Position numbers and translations under genes: made by a program. A model generated the notes under the pieces. It worked only from the letters and a program-made list of their open reading frames with translations, had not been told where the DNA came from and did no database searches. This document shows, one piece after another, positions 14,036 through 25,622 of a stretch of DNA of 64,000 nucleotides; position 1 is the first letter of the stretch; each line of letters begins with the position of its first letter. Origin of the DNA: Octopus vulgaris (lineage: Eukaryota); contig OX597817.1 in assembly GCA_951406725.2 (NCBI GenBank), positions 147,622,001 to 147,686,000 on the forward strand, given 5' to 3'.

Positions 14036-14405
14036 TTATTGCTGGAGGAAGAATGGATAGTTGCGGAGCATTACAGGCTGCCGGATAGGTAGATAGAACT
14101 TGGATTTAGTTGATTGTTTAATTGATTCATTTTATAACATAAGGAATATCCAAAGTCAGCGAATTATATAAAACCATAGAATATTTAGACGAACTCATTT
14201 GACATTTTGTGTGTAATGTTGTGTCCTATATTGTCCTATTCTATATATGATTTTTATAATCGTAGTAAAAAGAGGCGAACGGACGGGCAGTCTTAATTGA
14301 CGAGACAACAGAAATTAGCACCCTAGTCACATTTAGTGACATTTGTAATTATCCTTTTTGGTGAAACATTGCAAACTGCTGTGTATATTAATCATACATA
14401 CATAA

Positions 14406-14471
<66 letters not shown>

Positions 14472-14486
14472 ATATATATATATATA

Positions 14487-14890
14487 ACTAAGTGAAGTTG
14501 TAAGGTACCGCCCGAGTGAAAATGTATATGAAAGAAGGTTTAAAAATGCAATTTTAAAGATGTTTATTCAGTTGACCGGTTTCACTTTTTTAGAAAAAGA
14601 TTGTCAAAAGTAAAATGTAAAGCTTTGTATAAGCTTTGTTGCGTTAAGTACTGGTTGTCACAAAAGTATTAAAATACATATATACATTCTTTGATAATAA
14701 TAAGAAAATGCTAAAAACAGTTTACAAGGAAATATCTGACAAAATATTGGACAAAAAGTTCAATGAAAATATTAGTCCATTAAGAATCATGTTTGTTTGG
14801 ATGATTTGGATGAAAAAATCTACAAGCTTTTTCCATTCTCTCTGTTTATTTTCTCTTATTCCTTTCTGCTCAAGAGCGTAGGCTTGAATA
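14487..14890 (-). mobile_element. Penelope-like element 3' fragment: GIY-YIG-like C-terminus, degenerate hammerhead and AATAAA
   Basis: Minus strand [24 protein letters not shown] (RE..E.FWI..L.T..P.GLN-like). Then TTGACAA-(cttttt/aaaaag)-GAAACCGGTC at 14574-14607 and AATAAA at 14563-14568. Microsatellites flank both sides. Confidence 0.7.
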
Positions 14891-14908
14891 TATACATACA
14901 TACATACA

Positions 14909-15056
<148 letters not shown>

Positions 15057-15073
15057 ACAAAGTGTACGTATGC

Positions 15074-15107
<34 letters not shown>

Positions 15108-15110
<3 letters not shown>

Positions 15111-15860
15111 CAAAATGGGACAAAAACGCAAAATATAGACGATACAAAAAAAAACAAGGACAGGTCATTCGAAGCTTTCTATCCTCAGTCAAGAACCGGA
15201 TCATCCTCGCAATTTCGGCTGATTAATCTTGAGATTGTTCCAATCTGGACACCTCCAAGGAAAAACTAAGCTAAGAGCATTAGACTCCTTGGCAGAATGC
15301 ATCAAATATATAAAAAAACAAGGACGGAAAAACAGACAATGTTACACAAATATAAATACAATAAATACGAATATAAAAACAGTAAAATAATAAAAAATAA
15401 TAACAGGACATAACAACAGGTGTCTTTCGACTGAGGACGAATTGAATTAAGCTGGCGCGTGTGGAAATGAAGCCTTTACGGCAGAGATACAAAATTTTCA
15501 CAGACACAGGCAAGAATATCGATGTTGCACGAACGACGGACAGGCGAGCAGTAGACTGATCGGTCACGTGGGAAGAGAAGAGAGAGAAAAATAGAAGCAG
15601 AGGAACAAAAGAATTAAGGACGAGGAAGAGAAGAGGGAGAGATGTAGAAGCAGATGGACCGAAGGAGGACAGAAGGAGGGAGTGAGAAAGATGACAGGGA
15701 CGTAGTGAAGTGAAAAGTGGAGGGAAAGAGAAGGCAAAGAAATGTGAGTGAGGGGGAACGAAAGAACGAAGAGTGAAATGAAAGAATAAGCGTGAAAGGG
15801 TTGATAGAAATAGAATCGTAAGATAATCAGCCGAAATTGCAAGGATGATCCGGTTGGTAA
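15108..15860 (-). mobile_element. Microsatellite-embedded retroelement fragment with inverted terminal copy (probable PLE)
   Basis: 15194-15230 is inverted at 15820-15855 (aagataatcagccgaaattgcaaggatgatccggtt). Flanked by (TA)n and (AGAC)n. Confidence 0.5.
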
Positions 15861-15868
15861 GTAGACAA

Positions 15869-15933
<65 letters not shown>

Positions 15934-17005
15934 TAGATAGATAGATAGATAGATAGATAAATGGACAGATAGATGATTAGATACAGAAATAGTTTGATAA
16001 GTATTTGTTTAGTATGTACTGGAGCAAGAAGGGAGTGCAATGTTTGAAGAGAATGGACGATACATCCACTCACAAAGCTTTGGTCGGCCTGAGGCTATAG
16101 TAGAAGACACCTGCCCAAGGTGCCACGCAGTGGGACTGAACCCGGAACCATGTGGTTCGTAAGCAAGCTACTTACCACACAGCCACTTCTACGCCTTCAC
16201 ACTAGGACCTCCTTTCCCTTTCTTTATGTATTGTCGCTTTTTACTCTTTTCTTAACACAATATTTTTCACATTTAAACAACCCTTCTCATTGGTTGTTCC
16301 CTCTCGTTTAAAGAACCCTTCAACACATTTAAACAACCCTTTAATTCCTATTTCTATCGAGTCACACTACCCTAGACCTTTGATGTAATTCCTTTCTTGA
16401 AGCCCGTCGACTTTCGTACATACTGTGATTTATATAACTCGTATGTATGTAAGTTGATACATGCTACCTAAATTTTATCCAGAGATTTTCGTTTTCAAAT
16501 ATAGAGAAACCATAGCGAATACGAAAAGACTATGTTACTGTGTATCTCTATCTCTCTGTGTGTATTACATACATATGTCTGTGTGTATATCTGTATGTGA
16601 CTGTCTCCTTTTGTATGTGTCTGTGTGTCCCCGTATGTTAGTTTTTAATATTTATTGAAACTAATAATCTCACAGACATAAACACGTCATTCCGTACTTA
16701 ATGTACTTACCGCAGAATAAGTTTTGACAAACAAATTACTAGTCTCGTTGATATATGAACTCAGAGTACAACACCTTTGACTAACTTAAAGTATTATTCT
16801 GTTTATGCTATTATAGCCAGACTTCAGAACAAATTACCGTCAGCTGAAAGTAAAAATCGAGCGGAGAGAATTCTCTCCAATTCTAAGATGAAGAAAACTT
16901 GCGTACACTGTAATGTCTTCCCTTGTGTGAATCACTGTTATTATTTGGTCTACATCAGAGAATTGGAAACCATTATTGATAAAAATATATTCAGCTCGAT
17001 TATAT

Positions 17006-17059
<54 letters not shown>

Positions 17060-17066
<7 letters not shown>

Positions 17067-17200
17067 GAGACAACAGCATGAAGTGTGTATACGCTCCACG
17101 GAGTACATACCGGTTTTCATAAATATTATATATAGTTATTGTGTTAGAAACTATTTATGTTCTTTTCAATTCAGCATCGTATGGCCCCTCGTGATATATA
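17060..17200 (-). mobile_element. PLE-like terminal fragment with decayed hammerhead abutting (TA)n
   Basis: Minus strand ttgaaaa..cataaata...tatttatg-aaaa-CCGG-TA (about 17103-17170), then about 45 nt to (AT)n. Confidence 0.4.
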
Positions 17201-17650
17201 TATGTATATTATGAAATAATCGGATTCCTATGATTTTGGATTTTAGGTTTTTACAAATTGAGAGATAATGAAAATTGAAGTCTAATGGAGATTTTCGAAA
17301 AGAGAACGCAAAAAAAAGAAGAAAAAAGCACGCAACAATGCAAATTTGAGTGATATTAACCATTCAGTGTTCTTAAGATTTAGTCCTACTATGTATAATT
17401 TTCTCCTGTAATTGATGGCCAAAATGATATATCACTTCAACGATGAGTAAAACAGTAGCAAACCCCTAAGACCTTTGTATCTGTATTCAGGCGCAGGTGT
17501 GGTTGTGTGGTAAGACGTCTACTTCCCAAATATTCGGCAGCAGGTTCAGCCCTACTGCGTGGAATCTTGACTGGTGTCGTCTATTACACAGTCATGCCGA
17601 CGAAAGTTTTGTGAGTGGATTTGATAGACTGAAACTGAAAGAAGCACGCC

Positions 17651-17724
<74 letters not shown>

Positions 17725-17805
17725 ATACATACTTATATATATATAAATATATATATAGTGAATTGAAGAAATGGAGTTGAACGAAGATTGAACAGAAATC
17801 GTTTT

Positions 17806-17896
17806 ATTTCATTCTATACGTGTTTCGAAAGGCACAATTTACCAAATTCCGATTGAATAATGAGACCATATTGTGTCTTTCTCTTCAGGAAGAAAT
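17806..17896 (-). ncRNA. Mirror-image hammerhead in the left arm
   Basis: Reverse complement of the 17961-18051 motif, with stem III changed to CACGTA. Confidence 0.75.
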
Positions 17897-17960
17897 AGGA
17901 AATCCGTTGGAAAAAACAAAAACAGAACAGAAGACACTTGTTTTTTCCAACGGATTTCCT

Positions 17961-18051
17961 ATTTCTTCCTGAAGAGAAAGACACAATATGGTCTCATTAT
18001 TCAATCGGAATTTGGTAAATTGTGCCTTTCGAAACACGTGTAGAATGAAAT
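17961..18051 (+). ncRNA. Hammerhead ribozyme (type I, palindromic stem III), apparently intact
   Basis: Stem I atttcttc / gaa(t)gaaat, CTGAAGA 17969-17975, stem II gaaagacacaat/attgtgcctttc, GAAA 18031-18034, CACGTG, TA (GUA cleavage triplet). Confidence 0.85.
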
Positions 18052-18307
18052 AAAACGATTTCTGTTCAATCTTCGTTCAACTCCATTTCTTCAATTCACT
18101 AAAAATATTAAAATTCAATTATCCGCACCAACGCACGGTTGCAACACCATATGGTTGTACCTCCAACCGTGCTGTCTTCTGCTGTGATTTTTGCTACCAA
18201 GGTATCGGTTAAACTTTTGATTAATCTGCAACAAGATTATTCATCTTTCTATTTCATATAAATATATATATATATATGTATAAATACAAACATACCTATA
18301 TATATGC

Positions 18308-18344
<37 letters not shown>

Positions 18345-18647
18345 TATATATATATATACATACATATATATGCATATAAATATATGTGTATATATATATA
18401 TATATATGAGAGTTTCTGTCTTTGTCCTCCACTACTACTTGAGAACCAGCGTTAGTGTGAATGCATCCCCGTATTCTAGCATTTCAGCAAAAGAGACTGA
18501 TAGAACAGGCTCCAGGTTTAAAAAAGAAAAGGAAAATAGTGGGGACCATTTCCTCGAATCGAAAACTTTAAGGTGGCGCCTCAACATGGCCCTAGTCTAA
18601 TAAATGAAGCAAATAATAGATAAATGTTAACTGGTATAATTCTTTAA

Positions 18648-18863
18648 CCCTTTAGTATTCAGATTACTCTGCCAAATGCTGTATTTATTCGTATTATTTT
18701 GAATGAATCAAACATTATCTGATAACTTTGAGATTTTGATGATTCAGTGGTATATTTTTAGAGTCGCATTGTAGGGTAGGTTTGAGAAGTCAGACCTGGC
18801 TGGCCTTAGCATAAAACACGAAGAATATTTGGGGCGGAAATGGCCGGTATAAATGCTAAACGG
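18648..18863. mobile_element. piggyBac-type MITE (family 2)
   Basis: TTAA|ccctttagtatt ... aatgctaaacgg|TTAA. Confidence 0.75.
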
Positions 18864-18913
18864 TTAAGTTACATTCATACTTTTGTTCTCGTTGCATCGA
18901 CTCTTTTCGTATC

Positions 18914-19597
18914 CAGTAATCTCCCGACTACCGGGGGTGTTACGTTCCAAAACCCAGCGCGATTGGTGAAAATCTGCAAAGTAGAAACACTACTGTATGA
19001 TTCTTTTCTATTTTACTCTTTTACTTGTTTCAGTCATGTGACTGTGGCCATGCTGGAGCACCGCCTTTAGTCGAGCAAATCGGCACAGACTACTTATTCT
19101 GTGTAAGCCTTGTACTTATTCTATCTGTTTCTTTTGCCGGACCGCCAAGTTACGGGGACGTAAACACATCAGTATCGGGTGTCAAGCGATGTTGGGGGGA
19201 GAGACACAGACACACAAACACATACACACACATACATATATATATATATACACACATATATACGACTGGCTTCCTTTCAGTTGCCGTCAACCAAATCCAC
19301 TCACAAGGCTTTGGTCGGTCCGAGGCTATAGTAGAAGACACTTGCCCAAGGTGGCACACAGTGGGCCTGAACCCGGAACCATGTGGTTGGTAAGCAAGCT
19401 ACTTACCACACAGCCACTCCCATGCCTAATTTTAAAAATTATTTTTATAATTTGTACATATTTTTATAATTTGTACATATTTGTACATTATATTATAAAT
19501 GGAAAACAACGCCAGAGAGGAATCGAGATAAACTTAAGTAATAAATCGTGATAAGTGAACCACGATAGGTGAATCACGATATTGCGTGGGATTACTA
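18914..19597 (+). mobile_element. pogo/Tigger-like MITE containing a nested SINE-B (about 19000-19427, minus)
   Basis: Ends cagtaatctcccgact... / ...gcgtgggattacta. An uninterrupted copy lies at 60202-60426. Confidence 0.75.
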
Positions 19598-20198
19598 TAA
19601 TACACTGTCTACCACACTTATACTTCAGCTGAAACATTTTCCCTTATTCATTATTTGTCTTTAGTCTTTAGTATGTGAAACAATTAACAAAAGCTAACAG
19701 ATTACAAAATAGCCTTGAAAGGTTTTAAACGAGGCAACTTTGCTTGCATATATTTCTCAAATCAACAACGCCTTGTCTGAATGTGTTGTAAAAATTATCT
19801 TCATTTATCCTACCATCAGATGCTGCTATCAGATTAGGCAGAGCAAACACAATTGCTGGACGACAATCTAAGTGAATAAAATTATTAAGACCAAACACAG
19901 TCACACATTCATACATGCACATACTAACACTCGTCTAACTAACTCTACACACAATCACACAAGCACATGGAAGAATGCACATGAATACAGACAAGGCATG
20001 TATTCAGCATATATGTGAATGTATACAAATCTGTGAGACAAACAAGTTATGAGATAGGAATTTCCAAGTCAAACGCTCATCGTTGTCATTAGAATAGTTA
20101 TATTCTAAGAATAGTCCATACTACCAATAAAAGATTAAGCCAGACTGAAGAGCGGAGTTTTCCGAACGGTGCTTTGCATAACATGTTGAATATGTACT

Positions 20199-20585
20199 GG
20201 AGGCGCAATGGCCCAGTGGTTAGGGCAGCGGACTCGCGGTCATAGGATCGCGGTTTCGATTCCCAGACCGGGCGTTGTGAGTGTTTATTGAGCGAAAATA
20301 CCTAAAAGCTCCACGAGGCTCCGGCAGGGGATGGTGGTGATCCCTGCTGTACTCTTTCACCACAACTTTCTCTCACTCTTACTTCCTGTTTCTGTTGTAC
20401 CTGTATTTCAAAGGAGCGGCCTTGTCACTCTCTGTGTCACGCTGAATATCCCCGAGAACTACGTTAAGGGTACACGTGTCTGTGGAGTGCTCAGGCACTT
20501 ACACGTTAATTTCACGAGCAGGCTGTTCCATTGATTCGGATCAACCGGAACCCTCATCGTCGTAACCGACGGAGTGCTTCCATCA
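20199..20585 (+). mobile_element. tRNA(Arg)-like SINE family C, full length with TSD
   Basis: Head ggaggcgcaatggcccagtggttagggcagcggacTCGcggtc...ggtttcgattccc. TSD tgaatatgtact at 20187-20198 and 20586-20597. Confidence 0.92.
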
Positions 20586-20724
20586 TGAATATGTACTCTC
20601 TCGTACCAATATTGTTTGTAGAAATGAGGCTATATTTAAATTAAATAACTCAGTTAACGCACAGAGTTGTGCGTTTGGAGACCTGAAAAATTTGCATATT
20701 GCGGAAGATCTTACGTTAATTTAC

Positions 20725-21151
20725 CTAGTTGTCACCTTATTGAGTAACAATTTTGTACGTATCAAACGGTTTTCCTGTGTCTATGAAAGACATGAATTGG
20801 ACTCTTCCCAGTACATAGGACTTGTATCGAATGTTCTCGTGCACCACTGTTCAGATATTCCAATCCGACTCATGATGTTCTTTGTCAATGGTTCTCATCA
20901 ATTTTCCGAGATTATTAACGATTAATATGTTCTGAACTCCTTTGATGAACTGCGGTATTATTATAATGCCGGACTTTCTAGAATGCTTACAATTGCTTTT
21001 GAAGTTTGTGTACAACGGCCTTAAGACAAGGATCGATCGCAATTGCATGAGAAATTTGTGTACAAAAGATGTTGCAACATTTAGAAAGATGTTATGGCAA
21101 TGTTTACATGGAAATAATAACTGCATGTCTTTTCATTTCTTGTTTTAGCAT
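20725..21151 (-). pseudogene. Decayed Tc1/mariner (maT/DD37D-like) transposase N-terminus
   Basis: Frameshifted MLKQEMKRHAVIISM..FLNVATSFVHK..NNLGKLMRTI..VVHENIRYKSYV..ENRLIRTKLLLNK. Confidence 0.6.
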
Positions 21152-22386
21152 TTTATCTACCATGGCGGACCTGAAAGAAATAAAAACATGAAATGGTTTA
21201 AAGAAAGTAATAAACGGTTAATTAAGTATCCTTAAATACCTCTAAAAAATCGTAATCAGTAAGATAAATAATCAGTATGATAAATAATACGTATAACACA
21301 CACACACATACATATACACACACAAACACACATATACATATACACACGTACGCACACACACAAGTGCACACGCACGCACACAAGCCCACACACACAAACA
21401 CACACATACATATACACACATACGCACACACACGCACACGCTTATATACACACAAGTGTACACGCACACGTAGACACTCAAGCTCACACACACACAGACG
21501 TACACACACACAAACAAATATTCTAGAACAAGTACGAATGAATGTAACTTTTCAGTGATGTCTTCTATTCTATATCATTCTATCCATTATAAGACATACA
21601 TTTTTATCTAGGTGTATGCAGACATTCACAAACACATCTATGTGCAAATATAGAAACAAAAAAAAACAAAACAAACAAAACACATATATCAAACAGATAT
21701 GCAAGATTATAACAGTAATGACTTGTTAAAACGTTTAAACAAATTAAAAGGAATGTTGTTACTTTTTTTTTATCGATTTGTCCTTTTTAATTTATCCCGG
21801 CATTTGATTGATTGTTCTGTCACAGAAGCCACGCTAGAGCGACCAATGTAATTGAACTTCAAAGATGTCGACAATACAATATTCAAACACTATTGAAGAT
21901 AATCAATGTTTTCATGTTAGAATGTCAACCACGGTCAGATTAGAATATCATTCCCCTGAGACCTGTTTTTCGGAAAAAAAAAAGTTTTGTTATACTTCCA
22001 CCATTGTTCTTGGATTATTTTTGTTATCATCATCATCATCGTCATCATCATCGTCATCATCGTCATCAACATCACCATCATCATCATCATCATCTCGTCA
22101 TCTCGTCATCATCCACATTAAGGTGGCTAGCCGCCAGAATTGTTAAAACGCCAGGCGAAATATTTAGCGGCATTTGCGTTTGTGTTTACAGTCCGAGTTC
22201 AAATTCCGCCGAGCTCGACTATGCATTTCATAATTTCATGGTCGATAACATAAGGACCAGTTGACGACTGGGGTTGATGTAATCGACTAGCTTCCCACTC
22301 CTAAAATTTCAGGACCCCTTCCTGAAAAGATTACTATTACTAGTATTATTTCCGTTGATGTTTCTGTTTGGGGTTTCTAAGTCTCT

Positions 22387-22777
22387 GGAGGCGCAATGGC
22401 CCAGTGGTTAGGACAGCGGACTCGCGGTCGAGGATCGCGGTTTCGATTCCCAGACCGGGCGTTGTGTGTGTTTATTGAGCGAAAACACCTAAAGCTCTAC
22501 GAGGCTCCGGCAGGGGGTGGTGGCGAACCCTGTTGTACTCTTTCGCCTCAACTTTCTCTCACTCCACTCTTACTTCCTGTTTCTGTTGTACCTGTATTTC
22601 AAGGGGCCGGCCTTGTCACTCTCTGTGTCACGCTGAATATCCCTGAGAACTACGTTAAGGGTGCACCTGTCTGTGGAGTGCTCAGGCACTTACACGTTAA
22701 TTTCACGAGCAGGCTGTTCCGTTGATTCGGATCAACAGGAGCCCTCATCGTCGTAACCGACGGAGTGCTTCCATCTA
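22387..22777 (+). mobile_element. SINE family C, full length with TSD
   Basis: Highly similar to the 20199 copy. TSD tctaagtctct at 22376-22386 and 22778-22788. Confidence 0.92.
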
Positions 22778-23171
22778 TCTAAGTCTCTCATCCGGAGGCC
22801 TCGAGTAACAGCAAGTTACATTTTCCCGTGAATGTTATTTACGATGACCAATGATATATATTTTTGCAAAGGAGACCAGATTTGGCGAATTAAGATTCTG
22901 TTAATTTTGAAATATTTTCAAATTCAGAATCGGATATTCTCAGATTGATAATGTTTTTACTCAGATTATGGGCAGTAACCATCAAAACAATTGTTTTAGT
23001 TCTGATATTTATGGTTTCCTGATATTTATCCATATTGTTCAACAGTGCAATTTCGTATTATCACCAAAGCTCCGATGACTACAGGTAGAGTTGTCGTTCT
23101 TAGATGCCACATTTTTGAGAACTCGTATTATTTTGAGACATTGTATTTACTTAACTATTCAAACCCTTAAT

Positions 23172-23290
23172 GGCTCCGGGTTCAGTCCCACTGCGTGGCA
23201 CCTTGGTCAAGTGTCTACTACTATAGCCTTGAGCCGACCAAAGCTTTGCGAGTGGATTTGGTAGACGGAAACTGAAAGAAGCCTGTCGTC

Positions 23291-23321
<31 letters not shown>

Positions 23322-23555
23322 GTGTGTGTGTATGTGTGTGTGTGTTGTGTGTTTGTCTTTGTCCCCCCAACATCACTTGACAACCGATGCTGGTGTGTTT
23401 ACGTCCCCGTAACATAGCGGTTCGGCAAAAGAGAGCGATAGAATAAGTACTAGGTTTCCAAAGAATAAGTCCTGGGGTTCATTTGCTGGACTAAATCCGG
23501 TGCTCCAGCATGACCGCAATCAAATGACTGAAACAAGTAAAAGAGTAAAAGAGAT
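23172..23555 (+). mobile_element. SINE family B (5'-clipped)
   Basis: gggttcagtcccactgcgtggcaccttggtcaagtg...microsatellite...aagtaaaagagtaaaagag tail. Confidence 0.85.
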
Positions 23556-23636
23556 ACAAGATTGCACTTTTCTCTTGGTCAGTAAAGCAAGTCTCAATTC
23601 CAATATCGTCCACGAACTAGCATTCTTTACCTCTAA

Positions 23637-23858
23637 CCCTTTCGTTACCGTATTTATTTTGAGATGCTCTGTGTTTCTTTCAGTTAATTTTAAATATAAC
23701 AAAGAATTTAGTAAAATAACTTAGCTATCATTAAGCTAGTGTTAGGAATATAAATTGCAACTAATGTTTGGTGGTATATTTTGATGCAAAACTTATGAAA
23801 ACAAGACATTTGTACTACAGAGCCAGAGCCGGTTTTGGCCGGGTTAGTAACGAAAGGG
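23637..23858. mobile_element. piggyBac-type MITE (family 1) with CTAA target duplication
   Basis: CTAA|ccctttcgttac ... gtaacgaaaggg|CTAA. Further copies at 28760-28980 and 51546-51765. Confidence 0.88.
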
Positions 23859-23879
23859 CTAATACCCTCGGTTTGTTGC

Positions 23880-24600
23880 ATTAAATGTAGCCACGTAATT
23901 CCTTCTTTTCCTCGCTACTTGCTCTCTTGCTCGTCTTTTCTTGAATTCTCCCACTGCCTCACTGCTTTTCTGGAAATTTCTAGTCGCCGGTACTATTTTT
24001 TCTGTGCTACCTCCAAGTTCTACAAACCCACTAAAGCAGAAGTAATGGTGTCTTCTGCACTTAGCAATCCTTTGTCTCCACCCTTTCTTGGTAAATACAA
24101 ATCTGCTCATGTGCAGTGTGAGCAGCTTCCTAGTTCTCGTATCCAAGTTCTCTAATTCTGTCGTTGTCAATTCTAGAAAAGGAGCAGAGTTTCTTAATAC
24201 TAGCATCACTAGTATTCATTAGTTTGACAATATTTGGTTAATTTAATTTTGCTTCGAGCACCTTCTTAATTCATCTCTTTTCTCCTTTGGAGTTTTTTCT
24301 CTCTCGTTTCTCCTTCCATTATCCTATCATCATTCTGCAGCACCCCCAGGTACTTTTGTCCTTCATTATTTCTCAGTGATGTAATGATATCAGTTTGTGG
24401 TAATATTACACTATCAGAATTTATCTTTCGGCCTCTCTTCATAATTAAACATTACACACTCAATTACGCTAAATCGCCTTAAAATAATCTTCCTAAATTA
24501 TCTTACTCCTTGGATTAATGAATAATTGTCTTTTTTCACATTTTGTATACAGTTTGACATCATTCATACATAGTAGGTGGTTTACTTTAACCTTAGTGTC
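23880..24600 (-). pseudogene. R4/Dong-like non-LTR retrotransposon, decayed RT C-terminal region
   Basis: KYLGVLQNDDRI and LRNSAPFLELTTTELENLDTRTRKLLT motifs, frameshifted. Confidence 0.7.
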
Positions 24601-24607
24601 GACAAAT

Positions 24608-24640
24608 CATCATCATCATTATCATTATTATTATTATCAC

Positions 24641-24694
<54 letters not shown>

Positions 24695-24699
24695 CACTA

Positions 24700-24757
<58 letters not shown>

Positions 24758-24760
24758 CAC

Positions 24761-24817
<57 letters not shown>

Positions 24818-24838
24818 CATCATTATTATTATTATTAT
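24608..24838. repeat. (ATT)n microsatellite, the (TAA)n tail or target of the R4-like element
   Basis: Direct reading. Punctuated by cac about every 60 bp. Confidence 0.95.
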
Positions 24839-25470
24839 AGGCATCGCACAGTATACAATATCATGATGTTGTTGATTGAAGATATTGTATCTACTGGGGC
24901 TTTGCATTGTTTGACAAGTCACAACAAGGGCTTCAGACAGACAGTATTTTACGCAATAAGCGTGCAGTTCCAAGTCATGGCGACTTTGGCAATACACCTA
25001 GATTGTAGGGATCTCCAGGGTTTTCAGATGTCTTTTCAGGTTGGGTGGTATTGGACCCAATGTTCCGATGAAAGTAGGGCTTTCCATTATGTTTGACTCC
25101 CGTCGCTGCCACATCTTAGAGATTTTAATTCTCAGGTCTCCATATTTATGAACCATTTCTCTTACTTTCATGATGATATGTTGATCTCCTGGCACTGCCA
25201 CGTCAATTATTAGGCGCTCTCGTTTGTCCTTCGTGAAGGTTACTATATCCTGCCATCGGTGCTCTAAATACCTTGTCTATCTGGAAGTCCCAGAGGATTT
25301 TTGCCTTCACGTTTTCGCCCATTATTTTTTCCTGTATATGTTGGTACCAAGAACCCGTAACTTCATATCCATACTTAAGGCATAGCAGCCAGTGGCGGTT
25401 TGGGGCTACCTTGTCATGTCTAGGCTTGTACAATTTCTGCGCAAGAGTTCGATTCCAGGCAGTCAACTGA
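24839..25470 (-). pseudogene. R4/Dong-like restriction-like endonuclease domain and 3' UTR
   Basis: YKPRHDKVA..HWLLCLKYG..WYQH..KILWDFQ, DVAVPGD..KYGDLRIKISKMW, LGTARLLRKIL, then about 100 nt and (ATA)n. Confidence 0.88.
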
Positions 25471-25472
25471 AT

Positions 25473-25524
<52 letters not shown>

Positions 25525-25578
25525 GCAACATCGAAAAATACCTTAGGAATAAGAACCCAGGTTCGAAATTTCCTCAAG

Positions 25579-25622
25579 ACACCTGATGAAGGCTGGAGGG
25601 TATATCAGCCGAAATGTTGTGT
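25579..25622 (+). ncRNA. Minimal hammerhead ribozyme in a short insert adjoining (AAT)n (insert about 25523-25675)
   Basis: acac-CTGATGA-a-ggctg...cagcc-GAAA-TG-TT-gtgt. Stem I acac/gtgt. TG is probably a CpG-decayed CG palindrome. Confidence 0.8.

Larger units (their letters stand above)
17756..18101. repeat. Near-perfect 164-bp inverted repeat with 18-nt loop (inverted PLE pseudo-LTR pair)
   Basis: Arms 17756-17919 and 17938-18101, one mismatch seen (tatacg vs cgtgta). The left arm abuts (TA)n and the right arm continues as a tail to about 18240. Confidence 0.97.
17488..18622 (+). mobile_element. Old SINE family B copy split at its internal microsatellite by the hairpin element
   Basis: 5' half at 17488-17652 (aggcgcaggtgtggttgtgtggtaag...gaaactgaaagaagc) and 3' half at about 18410-18622 (cagcaaaagagactgatagaa...aacatggcc). 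Confidence 0.75.

Noticed and set aside
20199-20275. tRNA-Arg(TCG)-like sequence (also at 22387)
   Set aside because: It is the head of a TSD-flanked SINE and lacks a proper acceptor stem, so it is not a tRNA gene.
21990-22115. Poly-His/poly-Ser ORFs
   Set aside because: A (CAT)n microsatellite preceding a SINE.
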